Positions 30,818 to 42,620 are shown, counted from the first letter of the whole stretch. The stretch is DNA of 63,036 nucleotides, filler included, from 7 parts of 7 records of this genome joined end to end with filler, not necessarily neighbours in it; one strand, 5' to 3'. Notes: generated from the letters alone by a model not told the origin. Program-made: numbers and translations.

Positions 30818-30875
30818 TTTAGCTCCTTTAGAGGAGCTAATTATATAATTAGTTAGTTACCAATTAATTACAATT

Positions 30876-31976
30876 TTATGTATTGAACCTAAAATGCATT
30901 ACATCACCATCTTGGACAATGTAATCTTTCCCTTCAAGTCTCAGCTTTCCAGCTTCTTTACACTTTGCTTCTCCACCAAGAGATACAAAGTCTTCGTAAG
31001 AGATTACTTCTGCTTTAATAAACCCTTTTTCAAAGTCATTGTGGATAACAGCAGCAGCTTGTGGTGCTTTTGTATTTTTTCGAATAGTCCATGCTCTTAC
31101 TTCAATTTTACCTGCGGTGAAGTATGACTGAAGACCAAGTTTATCAAAAGCTGTATGGATTATTTTTTCTAATCCAGATTCTTCAACTCCAAGATCATTT
31201 AAAAGCTCTTTTGCTTCATCATCTTCCATCCCTACAAGCTCTTCTTCAATTTTTGCACACAGCATAATAAGTTCACTTCCAACAGAGTCTGCATGGGCTT
31301 TTAATGTTTCAACAAAAGCATTTCCATCTACTAGTGAGTCTTCATCTACATTTGCTCCATAGATCACCTCTTTATTTGATAAAAATCTAAGTTCTCGATC
31401 TAGTTGTAAAAAGGCATCATCCTCTTTATCTTCAAAAGTTTTCACTGGTTGTAGTTCATCAAGATGCTTTGCAACTTTCTCAGCTACTTCATATATAGCA
31501 GCAGCTTTTTTATCAGCTTTTGCTTGTTTTTTTAGCTTTTCTAGTTTTTTCTCTAGTTGAGAGATATCAGAGTAGATAAGCTCAGTTTCAATGATCTCAA
31601 TATCTCTTAAAGGATCCACATCACCCTCAACATGTGTAATATTTCCATCTTCAAAACATCTTACCATATGTAAGATCACTTCTACTTCTCTAATGTTTGA
31701 TAGGAATTGATTTCCTAATCCCTCACCTTTACTCGCTCCTCGTACTAGTCCAGCGATATCAACAAAGTCTATTGTTGAGTGTTGAATCTTATCTGGTATA
31801 ACAATTTTTGCTAGTTCATCAAGTCTTTTATCTGGTACTGGAACGATCGCTTTATTTGGTTCGATCGTACAAAATGGATAGTTTTGTGCTTCTGCATTCT
31901 GCGCTTTTGTAAGAGCATTAAAAGTTGTACTTTTCCCTACATTTGGAAGACCTACTATTCCTACACCTAATCCCAT
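30876..31976 (-). CDS. ychF: Redox-regulated ribosome-binding ATPase YchF
   Basis: GLPNVGKSTTFN, NYPFCTIEPN, DIAGLV, TGS C-terminus GDVMHFRFN. Confidence 0.97.
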   Translation of the reverse strand: MGLGVGIVGLPNVGKSTTFNALTKAQNAEAQNYPFCTIEPNKAIVPVPDKRLDELAKIVIPDKIQHSTIDFVDIAGLVRGASKGEGLGNQFLSNIREVEVILHMVRCFEDGNITHVEGDVDPLRDIEIIETELIYSDISQLEKKLEKLKKQAKADKKAAAIYEVAEKVAKHLDELQPVKTFEDKEDDAFLQLDRELRFLSNKEVIYGANVDEDSLVDGNAFVETLKAHADSVGSELIMLCAKIEEELVGMEDDEAKELLNDLGVEESGLEKIIHTAFDKLGLQSYFTAGKIEVRAWTIRKNTKAPQAAAVIHNDFEKGFIKAEVISYEDFVSLGGEAKCKEAGKLRLEGKDYIVQDGDVMHFRFNT

Positions 31977-32031
31977 AAATATATCCTTTTTTTCTATTAA
32001 GCCGTGATTATACTATTTTCTCAATTAAATC

Positions 32032-33276
32032 TTATAATTTCCCATCAGCATTTTTGAGCACTGATTTTATATCAAAGATTATCTGTTTATCATTCTTGAA
32101 CTCTAAAGATTTATAATCGTTATGTGCTACAGCTAAAACGATTGCTTCGTACTCATCAAATACTGGATCAACTTTTAAATCTAGTCCATATTCATGCTGT
32201 ACCTCTTTAGGAACAGCCCAATAATCAGATACATCTACATTGCAGTTAAAATCTTGTAACTCTTTAATCACATCAATTACTCTACTGTTTCTTATATCAG
32301 GACAATTCTCTTTAAATGTGATTCCTAAAATAAGTACTTTTGCTCCTTCGATCTTATGACTTTTTTTGATCATAAGTTTTATCACTTGGTTTGCAACATA
32401 GATCCCCATATTATCATTGAGACGTCTTCCAGCTAAAATGATCTCAGGGTTATATCCAACCTCTTGAGCTTTGTGGGTAAGATAATATGGATCTACACCA
32501 ATACAATGACCGCCTACAAGACCTGGACGAAATGGAAGAAAATTCCATTTGGTACCTGCTGCTTCGAGTACTGCATTTGTATCAATACCTAGTTTATTAA
32601 ATATCATCGCAAGTTCATTTACAAACGCGATATTAATATCTCTTTGGGAGTTTTCAATCACTTTTGCTGCTTCAGCTACTTTTATTGTTGGAGCTAAGTG
32701 AGTTCCTGCCGTTATAATTGATGCATATAGCTCATCAACTCTTTTACCAATTTCAGGAGTGGAACCACTTGTCACTTTCAATATTTTTGTAACGGTATGT
32801 TCTTTATCCCCAGGGTTTATTCTCTCAGGTGAATATCCACAAAAGAAATCTTGATTAAATGTTAATCCTGAAACTTTTTCTAAAACAGGGACACATTCTT
32901 CTTCAGTAGCTCCAGGATAAACAGTAGACTCATAGATCACTATATCATCTTTTTTAAGTACTTTTCCAACAGTTTGGCTCGCTTTGATTAAAGGGGTGAG
33001 ATCTGGTTTTTTATGTTTATCTATTGGGGTAGGGACAGTTACTATAAAGATATTACACTCTTTTATATCTTCAATATCTAAACTAAATTTCATACCATTT
33101 TGAAGAGCTTCTTTTACCTGAAGCTCAGAAAGCTCCAACGTTCTATCGTGTCCAAGGTTGAGCTCTTCTATTCTCCATGATGAGATATCAAATCCTACTA
33201 CTTGATATTTTGAACTAAATGCATGGGCAAGTGGTAAGCCCACATACCCTAAACCAATTACACAAATTTTATCCAT
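32032..33276 (-). CDS. UDP-N-acetylhexosamine 6-dehydrogenase (TviB/WbpO type)
   Basis: [44 protein letters not shown]. Confidence 0.9.
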   Translation of the reverse strand: MDKICVIGLGYVGLPLAHAFSSKYQVVGFDISSWRIEELNLGHDRTLELSELQVKEALQNGMKFSLDIEDIKECNIFIVTVPTPIDKHKKPDLTPLIKASQTVGKVLKKDDIVIYESTVYPGATEEECVPVLEKVSGLTFNQDFFCGYSPERINPGDKEHTVTKILKVTSGSTPEIGKRVDELYASIITAGTHLAPTIKVAEAAKVIENSQRDINIAFVNELAMIFNKLGIDTNAVLEAAGTKWNFLPFRPGLVGGHCIGVDPYYLTHKAQEVGYNPEIILAGRRLNDNMGIYVANQVIKLMIKKSHKIEGAKVLILGITFKENCPDIRNSRVIDVIKELQDFNCNVDVSDYWAVPKEVQHEYGLDLKVDPVFDEYEAIVLAVAHNDYKSLEFKNDKQIIFDIKSVLKNADGKL

Positions 33277-34354
33277 TACTCTGAGTACTTTCATTATAGT
33301 TAAAAAACTCTAGATACCAGTCGATAAAGTTATTAATCCCTTCTTGGACTGGTGTTGCAGGTTTGTAACCAAGATCTTCAACAAGGTCACTTACATCAGC
33401 AAAAGTAGCAGGTACATCACCAGGCTGAATAGGCATCATGTTTTTTTCAATAGTTTTGCCTAATTTATTTTCAATTGCAGTGATAAAGTCCATAAGTTTT
33501 ACTGGATTATTATTTCCAATATTATATATTTTATATGGAGCTGTAGAGATTGATGGATCTTTATGATCCCAATTAGGATGGGGCTTAGCTGGATTATCAA
33601 TAACTCGAATAACCCCTTCAACAATATCATCAATATAGGTAAAATCTCGTAGCATCTCCCCATTATTAAATACATCAATAGTTTTATTTTCTAACGCTGC
33701 TTTTGTAAATAAAAATAGTGCCATATCAGGTCTTCCCCAAGGCCCATAAACCGTAAAAAATCGTAATCCTGTAGTAGCTATTCCAAAAAGGTGAGAATAG
33801 GTATGTGCCATAAGCTCATTTGATTTTTTACTAGCAGCATAGAGTGAAATAGGGTGGTCTACATTATGTGAAGTTGAAAAAGGAAGTTCTTCGTTCAGAC
33901 CATAAACAGAGGAACTTGAAGCATAAGAGAGGTTTTTCACCTCATGGTGTCTACATGCTTCTAAAATATTCATAAATCCTACAATATTTGATCCCATATA
34001 AGCATCAGGATTTGTAAGAGAATATCTCACCCCAGCTTGAGCAGCAAGGTTACATACCGCATCAAATTTTTCATTTTCAAAAAGAGTCATAATGGCATCT
34101 TTATCTTCAAGTTGCAATTTGATAAATTTATAATTTGGATAGGTTTTACTTTGTAAAAGTTCATTAAAGGCGATATTTTCACCATCTTCTAAGGTATCAA
34201 TGATCCCAGCTCTTTGAAGTCTTCCATATTTTACATTTTGATCATAATAGTCATTGATATTATCTAATCCTACAACTTCATCACCACGTTCTAATAATTT
34301 GATTGCTAAATGACTTCCTATAAACCCTGCTGTTCCTGTTACTAATATTTTCAT
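33269..34354 (-). CDS. NAD-dependent epimerase (UDP-glucuronate 4-epimerase type)
   Basis: [32 protein letters not shown]. Confidence 0.9.
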   Translation of the reverse strand: MKILVTGTAGFIGSHLAIKLLERGDEVVGLDNINDYYDQNVKYGRLQRAGIIDTLEDGENIAFNELLQSKTYPNYKFIKLQLEDKDAIMTLFENEKFDAVCNLAAQAGVRYSLTNPDAYMGSNIVGFMNILEACRHHEVKNLSYASSSSVYGLNEELPFSTSHNVDHPISLYAASKKSNELMAHTYSHLFGIATTGLRFFTVYGPWGRPDMALFLFTKAALENKTIDVFNNGEMLRDFTYIDDIVEGVIRVIDNPAKPHPNWDHKDPSISTAPYKIYNIGNNNPVKLMDFITAIENKLGKTIEKNMMPIQPGDVPATFADVSDLVEDLGYKPATPVQEGINNFIDWYLEFFNYNESTQSNG

Positions 34355-34366
34355 TTTCTCTCCAAC

Positions 34367-35308
34367 TTAACTATCACTATTAAATATATCTCGTGTATAT
34401 ACTTTCTCTTTTACATCTATTATAGATTCACTTAATCTATTTGCTACGATCACATCACTACTTTTTTTAAATTCATCTAAATCTTTAATAACACGTGAAT
34501 TAAAAAACTCATCCTCTTTTAAGTTTGGCTCATAGATCACTACAGGAATTCCTTTTGCTTTTAAACGTTTCATAATCCCTTGAATTGCTGAACTTCTAAA
34601 ATTATCTGATCCACTTTTCATCACAAGTCTATAGATCCCAACTGTTTTATTTGTATGGATATTATCAGGGTTTTGTGCTATTAGATGAAGCTTTTTAATA
34701 ATACTATCTGCAACAAAATCTTTTCGTGTACTATTTGCTTTTACAATCGCTTCGATCATATTTGATGGCACGTCTTTATAGTTTGCAAGGAGTTGTTTTG
34801 TATCTTTTGGAAGACAATATCCCCCATATCCAAAACTTGGGTTATTATAGTGGCTTCCAATTCTAGGATCAAGCCCAACCCCTTTAATAATTTGTTCTGT
34901 ATCTAGCCCATGAGCTTCGGCGTAAGAGTCTAGTTCATTAAAATAAGCTACTCTCATCGCTAGATAAGTATTGGCAAAAAGTTTAATCGCTTCTGCTTCA
35001 GTTGAGTTTGTAAAAAGGGTTTCTACATCCTTTTTAATGGCACCTTGTTTTAAAAGGTTTGCAAAAGTTGTTGCTCGCTCACTAATCTCTCCTACTATAA
35101 TTCTACTTGGATATAAGTTATCATATAAAGCTTTCCCTTCTCGTAAAAATTCAGGAGAGAAGATAATATTACTGGTGTTAAATTTTTCATTAATAGCTTG
35201 CGTATAACCAACAGGAATAGTTGATTTGATGATCATTGTGGTATCTGGATTGATACTTAGAACATCTGAGATTACGAACTCTATAGATTTTGTATTAAAA
35301 TAGTTTGT
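34367..35308 (-). CDS. ugd: UDP-glucose 6-dehydrogenase (5'-truncated)
   Basis: [39 protein letters not shown]. Confidence 0.93.
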   Translation of the reverse strand, partial: TNYFNTKSIEFVISDVLSINPDTTMIIKSTIPVGYTQAINEKFNTSNIIFSPEFLREGKALYDNLYPSRIIVGEISERATTFANLLKQGAIKKDVETLFTNSTEAEAIKLFANTYLAMRVAYFNELDSYAEAHGLDTEQIIKGVGLDPRIGSHYNNPSFGYGGYCLPKDTKQLLANYKDVPSNMIEAIVKANSTRKDFVADSIIKKLHLIAQNPDNIHTNKTVGIYRLVMKSGSDNFRSSAIQGIMKRLKAKGIPVVIYEPNLKEDEFFNSRVIKDLDEFKKSSDVIVANRLSESIIDVKEKVYTRDIFNSDS

Positions 35309-35309
35309 C

Positions 35310-35409
35310 NNNNNNNNNNNNNNNNNNNNNNNNNNNNNNNNNNNNNNNNNNNNTTAATTAATTAANNNNNNNNNNNNNNNNNNNNNNNNNNNNNNNNNNN
35401 NNNNNNNNN
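35310..35409. other. Artificial contig linker
   Basis: N44-TTAATTAATTAA-N44. Confidence 0.99.
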
Positions 35410-35484
35410 TAGAGGTTTTTTTGGATGTAAACATTTTTCTAAAACCAATGAGATATTACAAAACCTCCATAAAGATCCTATCAT

Positions 35485-36045
35485 ATGGTAAGCTATTATA
35501 ATATTATTGATCTGCTATTTCTCATCCTCATTGGATATGGAATATATTATAGCTACACCCATAAATCCTATGTAAAAATTTTTGAATATTTTAAGATATT
35601 TATCGCTATTACTATGAGTGCTAAGATGGCTTCTTTTACAGCTATCTATCTTCAAAAACTTTATATCACAAAAGCAGATACTTATACTACCCTACTTTTG
35701 ATCGCTTTTGTAGTAAACCTTCTTATTATCATCTATGGATATAAATCTGTTTTTAAACTCACTCGAAACTTTGTCAATAGTGAAAAAATAAAAACTCTTT
35801 TAGCAAAGATATTTACCGTAATTGAAGTTATTGTCATAAGCACTTTTGCTTTATATATTGTAATGCAACTATATCTTGCAAAACTCTATTTGTATCCAAC
35901 AATGAAACAGACCTATTTGTATCCAAAAATAGAAAAGTTTTATAATGAATTTTTAAATTATGATTTTGTATTGATGGTGATGGGCTCTGATACTGGGACA
36001 AATCATAAAGAGGTATTATTTAAGAGTTTGAAGAATAGTTTTTAA
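35485..36045 (+). CDS. CvpA-like membrane protein
   Basis: N-terminal IIDLLFLILI, four TM helices, T.LYP near the C-terminus. Confidence 0.6.
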   Translation: MVSYYNIIDLLFLILIGYGIYYSYTHKSYVKIFEYFKIFIAITMSAKMASFTAIYLQKLYITKADTYTTLLLIAFVVNLLIIIYGYKSVFKLTRNFVNSEKIKTLLAKIFTVIEVIVISTFALYIVMQLYLAKLYLYPTMKQTYLYPKIEKFYNEFLNYDFVLMVMGSDTGTNHKEVLFKSLKNSF

Positions 36046-37322
36046 TCCTTTAAAATCCCATTTACAGCCCGTATCCCACTAGCCCAAGCAGCTGTGATCC
36101 CTCTACTTGTCCCTGCTCCATCACCGATAATATAATAACCCTCTTTTACCATAAAATATTTATTGATAAATTCTGGTTTATTTGAATAGGTTTTAATCTC
36201 TGGATAATAAAGTATTGTTGAGGGATGAAGTACACCAGGGACTATGGTATCAAGTTTTTTTAAAGCATCCCAAATATCACGTAAAATCTTTGCTGGCATA
36301 CTAAGACTAAGATCTGCGGCCACTGCATTTGAAAGGGTTGGTTTAAAGTCATAAAGATCATCATTAAATGTCTCTTTTTTACTTCGCTGACCTAATCTAA
36401 AATCTCCAACTCTTTGCATAATCACACTTCCACCACTTAACTGCATCACCATTTGACCCAAGATCGTACCAAATTGTTGTCCACTTACTACTGGTTCAGT
36501 TAATCCTATGGTTTTAAGCATTGCAAAATTAACTAGGCCATTCTCTTTTTTCTCTTTGGAGTAAGCATGTCCATTTACTGAATAGTACCCTTTATATTTT
36601 TCTCTTACGATATGGGCTGATCCTGAATTGGTACAAAAGGTTCTTACTTTATTTGGGAAAAGGATCTTTGGATCATAATAATCTTTGACAATAGAGTAGT
36701 TCTCCTCTTTCATCTCCACTCGAATCCCAATATCTACCATATTATCACTATATTTTATCCCCAGTGTATCCATCTGAACTTGCAACCAATCATAATCAGC
36801 TCTTCCAATTCCTATAATAATATCTTCAAAAGATATCCTTGCCCCATTGGCAAGCTTAATCTCTTTTTTCTTATCACTTAAAGCTTCTACTTCTGTTTCA
36901 AGTACCACTTCTACACCTAAACCTCTTAACTGTTCAATAAGATCATTTATAAGTTTGGAAGATTTATCTGTCCCCACGTGGGATTGATCTATACTTAGGA
37001 TATCTACCCCGATTTTCTCAGCTCTATTGATATATTTATCTACACCCTGTCTTTTTTCCATCTTTGGTTTTAGATGAAGTTTTACTTCCTCTAAAAGCTC
37101 TTCAGCTTCCTCTTTTTCCCAATGATCAAGGGGAAAGCCTACGGGAAAAGTGTAGTTTTGTTTACAATCATTTCTTAGTCCACCTGAACTTATCTTTTTC
37201 TTTTCAAGTAAAAGGATAGATTTATCTGAGTTTTGAGCTAGTTTAAATGCTGCTCCAAGACCTGCTGGGCCTGAGCCTATTATGATCACATCATAGTGGG
37301 GTTTTAAAGTTAAAGTTTCCAT
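36042..37322 (-). CDS. FAD-dependent oxidoreductase (uncharacterised family)
   Basis: IIIGSGPAG, DIGIRVE, VRTFCTN, VNGHAY, YYPEIK, GDGAGTSRGI. Confidence 0.85.
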   Translation of the reverse strand: METLTLKPHYDVIIIGSGPAGLGAAFKLAQNSDKSILLLEKKKISSGGLRNDCKQNYTFPVGFPLDHWEKEEAEELLEEVKLHLKPKMEKRQGVDKYINRAEKIGVDILSIDQSHVGTDKSSKLINDLIEQLRGLGVEVVLETEVEALSDKKKEIKLANGARISFEDIIIGIGRADYDWLQVQMDTLGIKYSDNMVDIGIRVEMKEENYSIVKDYYDPKILFPNKVRTFCTNSGSAHIVREKYKGYYSVNGHAYSKEKKENGLVNFAMLKTIGLTEPVVSGQQFGTILGQMVMQLSGGSVIMQRVGDFRLGQRSKKETFNDDLYDFKPTLSNAVAADLSLSMPAKILRDIWDALKKLDTIVPGVLHPSTILYYPEIKTYSNKPEFINKYFMVKEGYYIIGDGAGTSRGITAAWASGIRAVNGILKD

Positions 37323-37357
37323 AACTTAAAGTATATCACAATAGGATTGTAACTTGG

Positions 37358-38902
37358 TTACATTTTTATTTTTCTAAGTGCTGAAAACTGTGAATCTACA
37401 AGATTCTCTTCACTTAATACATTGCCTATACCTAGCTTTAAAAGCTTCTCTTTTCTTATCTTATCAGCTACAATATATACTTCACTTCCACCACTTTTAA
37501 GTTTTTCAATAGTTTCACTCAGTGCATAAATAGCGGAGAGATCCATAAAAGAGACCAAGGTACAATCTAAAACAACATTTTTCACATCATAGATCTTATC
37601 CACTTCATCAAGGATAAATGAGGTTGAACCAAAAAAGAAAGGACCTTTTATATTTACGATTCGAACTAATCCATCTCTAAATATCCTATCATCTTTTGTA
37701 GCATCTGCTTCATTTGAGATCTGAACTTCGCTTTCTTTAATCAATCTATAGATAATTAAAAATGAAGAGAGCACAACGCCTACTCCAACAGCAATAATAA
37801 GATCTACAAATACTGTGAGGAAAAATACTATCAGCATCACAGAGATATCATATTTTGGTACAATTTTTAGCTGTTTTAACATCCTATAATCAAAGATATC
37901 AAATCCTACTTTTATTAAAATTCCAGCGAGTACTGGCATAGGGATATTTGAAGCAAGTGGGGCAAAAAGTAAAAGGATCAAAAGTAAAAAAATAGCATGA
38001 GCCATCCCTGAGATATTACTAGTAGCTCCACTTTTTATATTGACCACCGTTCTCATGGTAGCTCCAGCCCCAGGTAATCCACCTACAAAAGAAGCAGCCA
38101 TATTTCCAATTCCTTGACCTATGAGCTCTTTATTTGAATCATGTTTATCTTTTGTGATCGAATCAGCCACTAAAGAAGTGAGTAAAGAATCTATCGTTCC
38201 TAAAACGGCTAAAGTAAGTGCTGAAATAAAAATTAAAGAGACATCATGGATATCAAAAGCAAAATCAACCAATACGGGTAATCCGCTTGGAATATCACTT
38301 ACATAAGAGACATTTAAATTTAATAGAACTGAGACAAGTGAAAGGAGTATCAAGGCTATTAATGGTGAAGGAAGTTTTTTCGTAATACTTTTAGGAAGTA
38401 AATAGATAAGACCTAAAGTTGCAAGAGTTAAAAATATAGCTTCAAAATTTACATTATGGATAGCATTTGGAATATTTACAAGGGCTTCAGCAATAGAAGA
38501 TTGGGATTCCATTCCAAAAGCAACATTGATCTGTAAAAGGATAATGATCATCCCAATACTATTCATAAACCCAGAGATCACAGGATATGGAATATATCGT
38601 ACAAATTTTCCTATCTTTAAGATCCCAAAGAAAACTTGCAAGGCTCCTGCTAACAAAAAGGTAGTAAAGACTAAAGCTAGATTTTCACCGAGAGATAATA
38701 CGATTGATGCCACTACAACTGTCATAGGACCAGTAGGACCTGATATTTGAGTTTTTGTTCCTCCAAAAAGTGAAGCAAAGAATCCAACAAAAATAGCACC
38801 ATACAATCCAGCACTTGCTCCTAAGCCACTAGAGATTCCAAAGGCGATCGCTAATGGAAGTGCTACAATAGCTGCGGTGAGACCACTTAAAATATTATTC
38901 AT
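37358..38902 (-). CDS. SulP-family anion transporter with STAS domain
   Basis: VALPLAIAFG, ISGPTGPM, GAGATMRT, GPFFFG, C-terminal STAS. Confidence 0.93.
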   Translation of the reverse strand: MNNILSGLTAAIVALPLAIAFGISSGLGASAGLYGAIFVGFFASLFGGTKTQISGPTGPMTVVVASIVLSLGENLALVFTTFLLAGALQVFFGILKIGKFVRYIPYPVISGFMNSIGMIIILLQINVAFGMESQSSIAEALVNIPNAIHNVNFEAIFLTLATLGLIYLLPKSITKKLPSPLIALILLSLVSVLLNLNVSYVSDIPSGLPVLVDFAFDIHDVSLIFISALTLAVLGTIDSLLTSLVADSITKDKHDSNKELIGQGIGNMAASFVGGLPGAGATMRTVVNIKSGATSNISGMAHAIFLLLILLLFAPLASNIPMPVLAGILIKVGFDIFDYRMLKQLKIVPKYDISVMLIVFFLTVFVDLIIAVGVGVVLSSFLIIYRLIKESEVQISNEADATKDDRIFRDGLVRIVNIKGPFFFGSTSFILDEVDKIYDVKNVVLDCTLVSFMDLSAIYALSETIEKLKSGGSEVYIVADKIRKEKLLKLGIGNVLSEENLVDSQFSALRKIKM

Positions 38903-39035
38903 AAAAAACCTTAAAAAATATAGAAATTATAAATCACATTATAGCATATATTATTATTTAATATAATACTGTTATAATAAATAATCAAGCAAATTGTGAT
39001 ACAATTTTATTACATTTTATTTACAGGAGTCTTCC

Positions 39036-39857
39036 ATGAATATTGTAAAAATCTCTTTATTTTTCTTTCTCTTTACACTTTTTAGTTTTGCTCAGAGTTT
39101 AAAGATAGGGGTTACTCCTTATACTAATGCAATGAAGATCATCAAAATATATGAACCATTAAGCAGTTTTCTTTCAAAAGAACTTGGAGTAAATGTAGAG
39201 GTATATAGCTCTAGTAACTATAAGACTTTTTACAATGATGTAGAAAAAGGTACTTTTGATCTAGTAATTACTTCTCCACATTTTGGAGTACTTCATCTAC
39301 AAAATGGATTTCATCCCATCTATAGATACAACACTTCATTAAATCTGTTATTTCTTGTATTAAAAGAGAGTCCTTATAATAAAGTAAGCGATCTTAAAAA
39401 TACGACTATTGCCACACCCAACTATCTCTCAGCTCTTAATATCGCAAGTGTAAAAACACTTTTAGATAATGGATTAAAAAATGGAGAGAATTTCACGTTA
39501 GAAGACTTAGGTTCCCATACAAGTGCTATTAAAAGTGTCCTTTTAAAAGATAGTGATGCAGCAATCACCACATATAGTCCTATGAAACAATTTTCAGATC
39601 AAGCTTTACTTAAAAAAACAAGAGTGATAAAATCTGATTTTAAAATGCCCCATCTTTTTACATTAGCAAATCCAAAATATGATCAAAAAAAAGTAGAAGA
39701 GTTTAAAACACTTTTAGATAAATTTGAACAAACGAACGAGGGGAAAAAGTTCTTTGAAAAAACTGGCTACAAAGGATACACTGATATCTCAGAGAAAGAT
39801 ATTAGTGAACTTCAGCCCGTATCACAAGTAACAAAAACATATCTAGGTGTAGAATGA
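39036..39857 (+). CDS. PhnD-like periplasmic binding protein
   Basis: Signal peptide, IGVTPY, YEPL..FL, PHF, SH..AI..V; ATGA overlap with the kinase. Confidence 0.78.
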   Translation: MNIVKISLFFFLFTLFSFAQSLKIGVTPYTNAMKIIKIYEPLSSFLSKELGVNVEVYSSSNYKTFYNDVEKGTFDLVITSPHFGVLHLQNGFHPIYRYNTSLNLLFLVLKESPYNKVSDLKNTTIATPNYLSALNIASVKTLLDNGLKNGENFTLEDLGSHTSAIKSVLLKDSDAAITTYSPMKQFSDQALLKKTRVIKSDFKMPHLFTLANPKYDQKKVEEFKTLLDKFEQTNEGKKFFEKTGYKGYTDISEKDISELQPVSQVTKTYLGVE

Positions 39858-41389
39858 AATTTTTAAGCAGTTTACGATTTAAACTTGTGATCTTCTCTAT
39901 TTTAATAGAGATCACCGTTTTAACTTTTTTGATTTTAAATGCTGATCGACTTATTTTAAATCATCTAAGTTCTCAAACGTATAAACAAATAGAAAGTATC
40001 AAAGGGAACTTTCAAGCTTCACTCCTTCCCTTATTGATTGAAAGAGACTATGCCAGCATAGATTCTCTTTTAAGAGAGTTTACTCAATCAAAAGATATCT
40101 CTTATATCTTTATTGTAAAAGATGATGCTATTATTGCAAATGCCAACTGGGATAAAGATAGACCTTTACCGATACAAAGTACTAAGCTTTACAATGAAAA
40201 TAATATATATCATACAACTACAAATATAAAATATATCAACCAACTCTATGGGCAAGTCTATTTTGGCTTTGATACAAGCTTTTTAAAACAAGCACAAAGT
40301 GAGCTTTTTTCACAAAGTTTTACTCTTGCTTTAGCAGAAATATTTTTGACTATTCTTCTACTTTTTACCATTGGTTATTTACTCACAAAACACTTAACTA
40401 CTCTTACTGATGCAGCTGAGAAGATCAGTCAAAACCAATTTGATATTGATATTAAGATTAAAACAAAAGATGAAATAGGACTCTTAGCCAAAACATTTAA
40501 TACTATGGCTAAGCAAATCAAAAAACAGTTTTCAACGATTCAAAAACAAAATGAGATCAAAAAAGCTATTTTTGATAATATGGCTCATATTTTAATTACC
40601 ACAGATAAAAAAGGGATTATCACCTCTTTTAACAAACAAGCAGAAGCTACTTTAGGATATACAGCACAAGAAGTGATAGGAAAACAAAGTGTTGAGATAT
40701 TTCATGATAATAAAGAATTACAACATAGATCTGTAGAGTTTTCCCATGAACTGGGTGAAAATATTTATCCAAATTTTAAAATGCTCACCATAAAAACAGA
40801 TAAAGGTCTTCTCAATCAACACCATTGGAAGTATATCAAAAAAGATGGTACAACGATCATAGTAAAATTAACTATCACTGCACTTCAAGATGAAAATCAC
40901 AATACTTATGGATATGTAGGAGTAGCAGAAGATAAAACAGAAAAATATTATCTAGAACAATCATTAGCTGAAGAGACTCACCGTGTCAAAGCTATTTTAG
41001 AAAATGCAGGAGATTTTATCCATATTTTAGATCAAAAAGGGGATCTTTTTATGTATAGTGATTCTTTTTTAGACTCTCTTGGCTATACAGAACAAGAGGT
41101 AAAAAACCTCAATGTTCAACAGTGGGATAAAGAGTTTCACCCTGATTCTATGATCAAATCGCTCTTAGATCATCCACAAACTTTTGAAACAATCCATACA
41201 AAAAAAGATGGAACAACTTTTGATGTGGAAGTAAGAACAAATGGAATCATACTTGATGGAGAACAGTATCTCTATGCAGCTTCAAGAGATATCACAGAAC
41301 GCAAACTTGCCCAACAAGAACTCCAACAAAAAGATATGTTACTCCAGCAGCAAACAAGACTAGCATCTATGGGAGAGATGATAGGAAAT
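39854..41389 (+). CDS. HAMP-PAS-PAS sensor histidine kinase (3'-truncated at the H-box)
   Basis: Two TM segments, HAMP DEIGLLAKTFNTM, two PAS/PAC domains (KKDG), RLASMGEMIGN at the contig end. Confidence 0.88.
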
Positions 41390-41390
41390 A

Positions 41391-41490
41391 NNNNNNNNNN
41401 NNNNNNNNNNNNNNNNNNNNNNNNNNNNNNNNNNTTAATTAATTAANNNNNNNNNNNNNNNNNNNNNNNNNNNNNNNNNNNNNNNNNNNN
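41391..41490. other. Artificial contig linker
   Basis: N44-TTAATTAATTAA-N44. Confidence 0.99.
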
Positions 41491-41491
41491 A

Positions 41492-42034
41492 CAAATCCTC
41501 GATTGGGCTGAACATCATGTTACGTCTACACTATTTATTTGCTGGGCAGCGCAGGCCGGATTATTTCACTATTATGGTATTCCAAAATATCCACTAAATA
41601 AAAAAATGTTTGGCGTTTATAAACATACTCATTCCGATGAAAAACTTCCTATTTTCAGGGGATTCGACGATGTGTTTTTTATACCGCATTCCCGTCATAC
41701 TGAAATCAGAGCCGAAGACATTGAAAAAGTTGATGCCTTACAAATTATTGCCTCTTCAGAAGAAGCCGGAGTTAGTATTGTTAAAGCTAAAAACGGAAAA
41801 CAGTTATTTATAACAGGGCATGCCGAATATTCGCGGCATACTTTAGATGCTGAGTACAATCGCGACAAAGCAAAAAATCTTCCAATTGAAATTCCCGTAA
41901 ATTATTATCCGCATAATAATCCGGAAAACAAACCGGTTATGCGCTGGCAATCGACAGCAAATCTGTTTTTTTCAAACTGGTTGAATTACTACGTTTACCA
42001 GGAAACGCCGTATAATTTAGAGGAAATACAGTAG
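41492..42034 (+). CDS. metA: Homoserine O-acyltransferase MetA (5'-truncated)
   Basis: STLFICWAAQAGL, PHSRHTE, TGHAEY, NWLNYYVYQETPY. Confidence 0.95.
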   Translation, partial: QILDWAEHHVTSTLFICWAAQAGLFHYYGIPKYPLNKKMFGVYKHTHSDEKLPIFRGFDDVFFIPHSRHTEIRAEDIEKVDALQIIASSEEAGVSIVKAKNGKQLFITGHAEYSRHTLDAEYNRDKAKNLPIEIPVNYYPHNNPENKPVMRWQSTANLFFSNWLNYYVYQETPYNLEEIQ

Positions 42035-42090
42035 GTTTTGTGTTTAGATCAAATTATTTGATATTTTTAGGCAAACTTAAAACTAATAAG

Positions 42091-42567
42091 ATGAAGAAAA
42101 TAAACATTTTCCTTTTTTCCGCATTTATTTTTATTGCCGGAAATATAAGTGCACAAAATTATGATGCTGTTTCTGGTGCTACCCAAAAAGAAGATGGAAA
42201 AAGAATGTCGTTAGAACAGTTCGTAAGTGCGTTAGAATTAAAAAACACTTGTGTGTTAAGTACCGTAAATGCCGATGGAACTCCTAATGCAGCAATTTTT
42301 GGTCATGTCGAAAGCAGGGGTGAAAATATAATTTCATTTGGTTCAATCGCCGATACAAAAACGACTAAAATAAACCTAAAAGAGCGTAAATTGGCAATTA
42401 TGCTTTTAGTCCTGCCCGAAAAAACTGAAGATGATTTTGATGGAGCAAAAGTGGTTTTAAAATACATCGACGATGAAAATAAAATTACTGAACTTTGCTC
42501 TGAAATGGAAGAATCATCAGAAAGAACAACCTTTTTTACGGTTGAAGATATTCTGATATATCATTAA
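42091..42567 (+). CDS. Secreted protein with SGAT flavinylation motif and PNPOx-like split-barrel domain
   Basis: Signal peptide ending SA-Q, DAVSGAT, VLSTVNADGTPNAA, T..NL. Confidence 0.65.
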   Translation: MKKINIFLFSAFIFIAGNISAQNYDAVSGATQKEDGKRMSLEQFVSALELKNTCVLSTVNADGTPNAAIFGHVESRGENIISFGSIADTKTTKINLKERKLAIMLLVLPEKTEDDFDGAKVVLKYIDDENKITELCSEMEESSERTTFFTVEDILIYH

Positions 42568-42588
42568 AAATTCTTTAAATAAATACGT

Positions 42589-42620
42589 TAACCGATCTTA
42601 TATTAGGGTCGGTTTTTTTG
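42589..42620 (+). terminator. Rho-independent terminator
   Basis: AACCGATCT...AGGGTCGGTT stem plus T run. Confidence 0.7.

Noticed and set aside
32032-35308. Nucleotide-sugar gene cluster as a novel locus
   Set aside because: Typical end of an LPS/capsule cluster, truncated by the contig edge.
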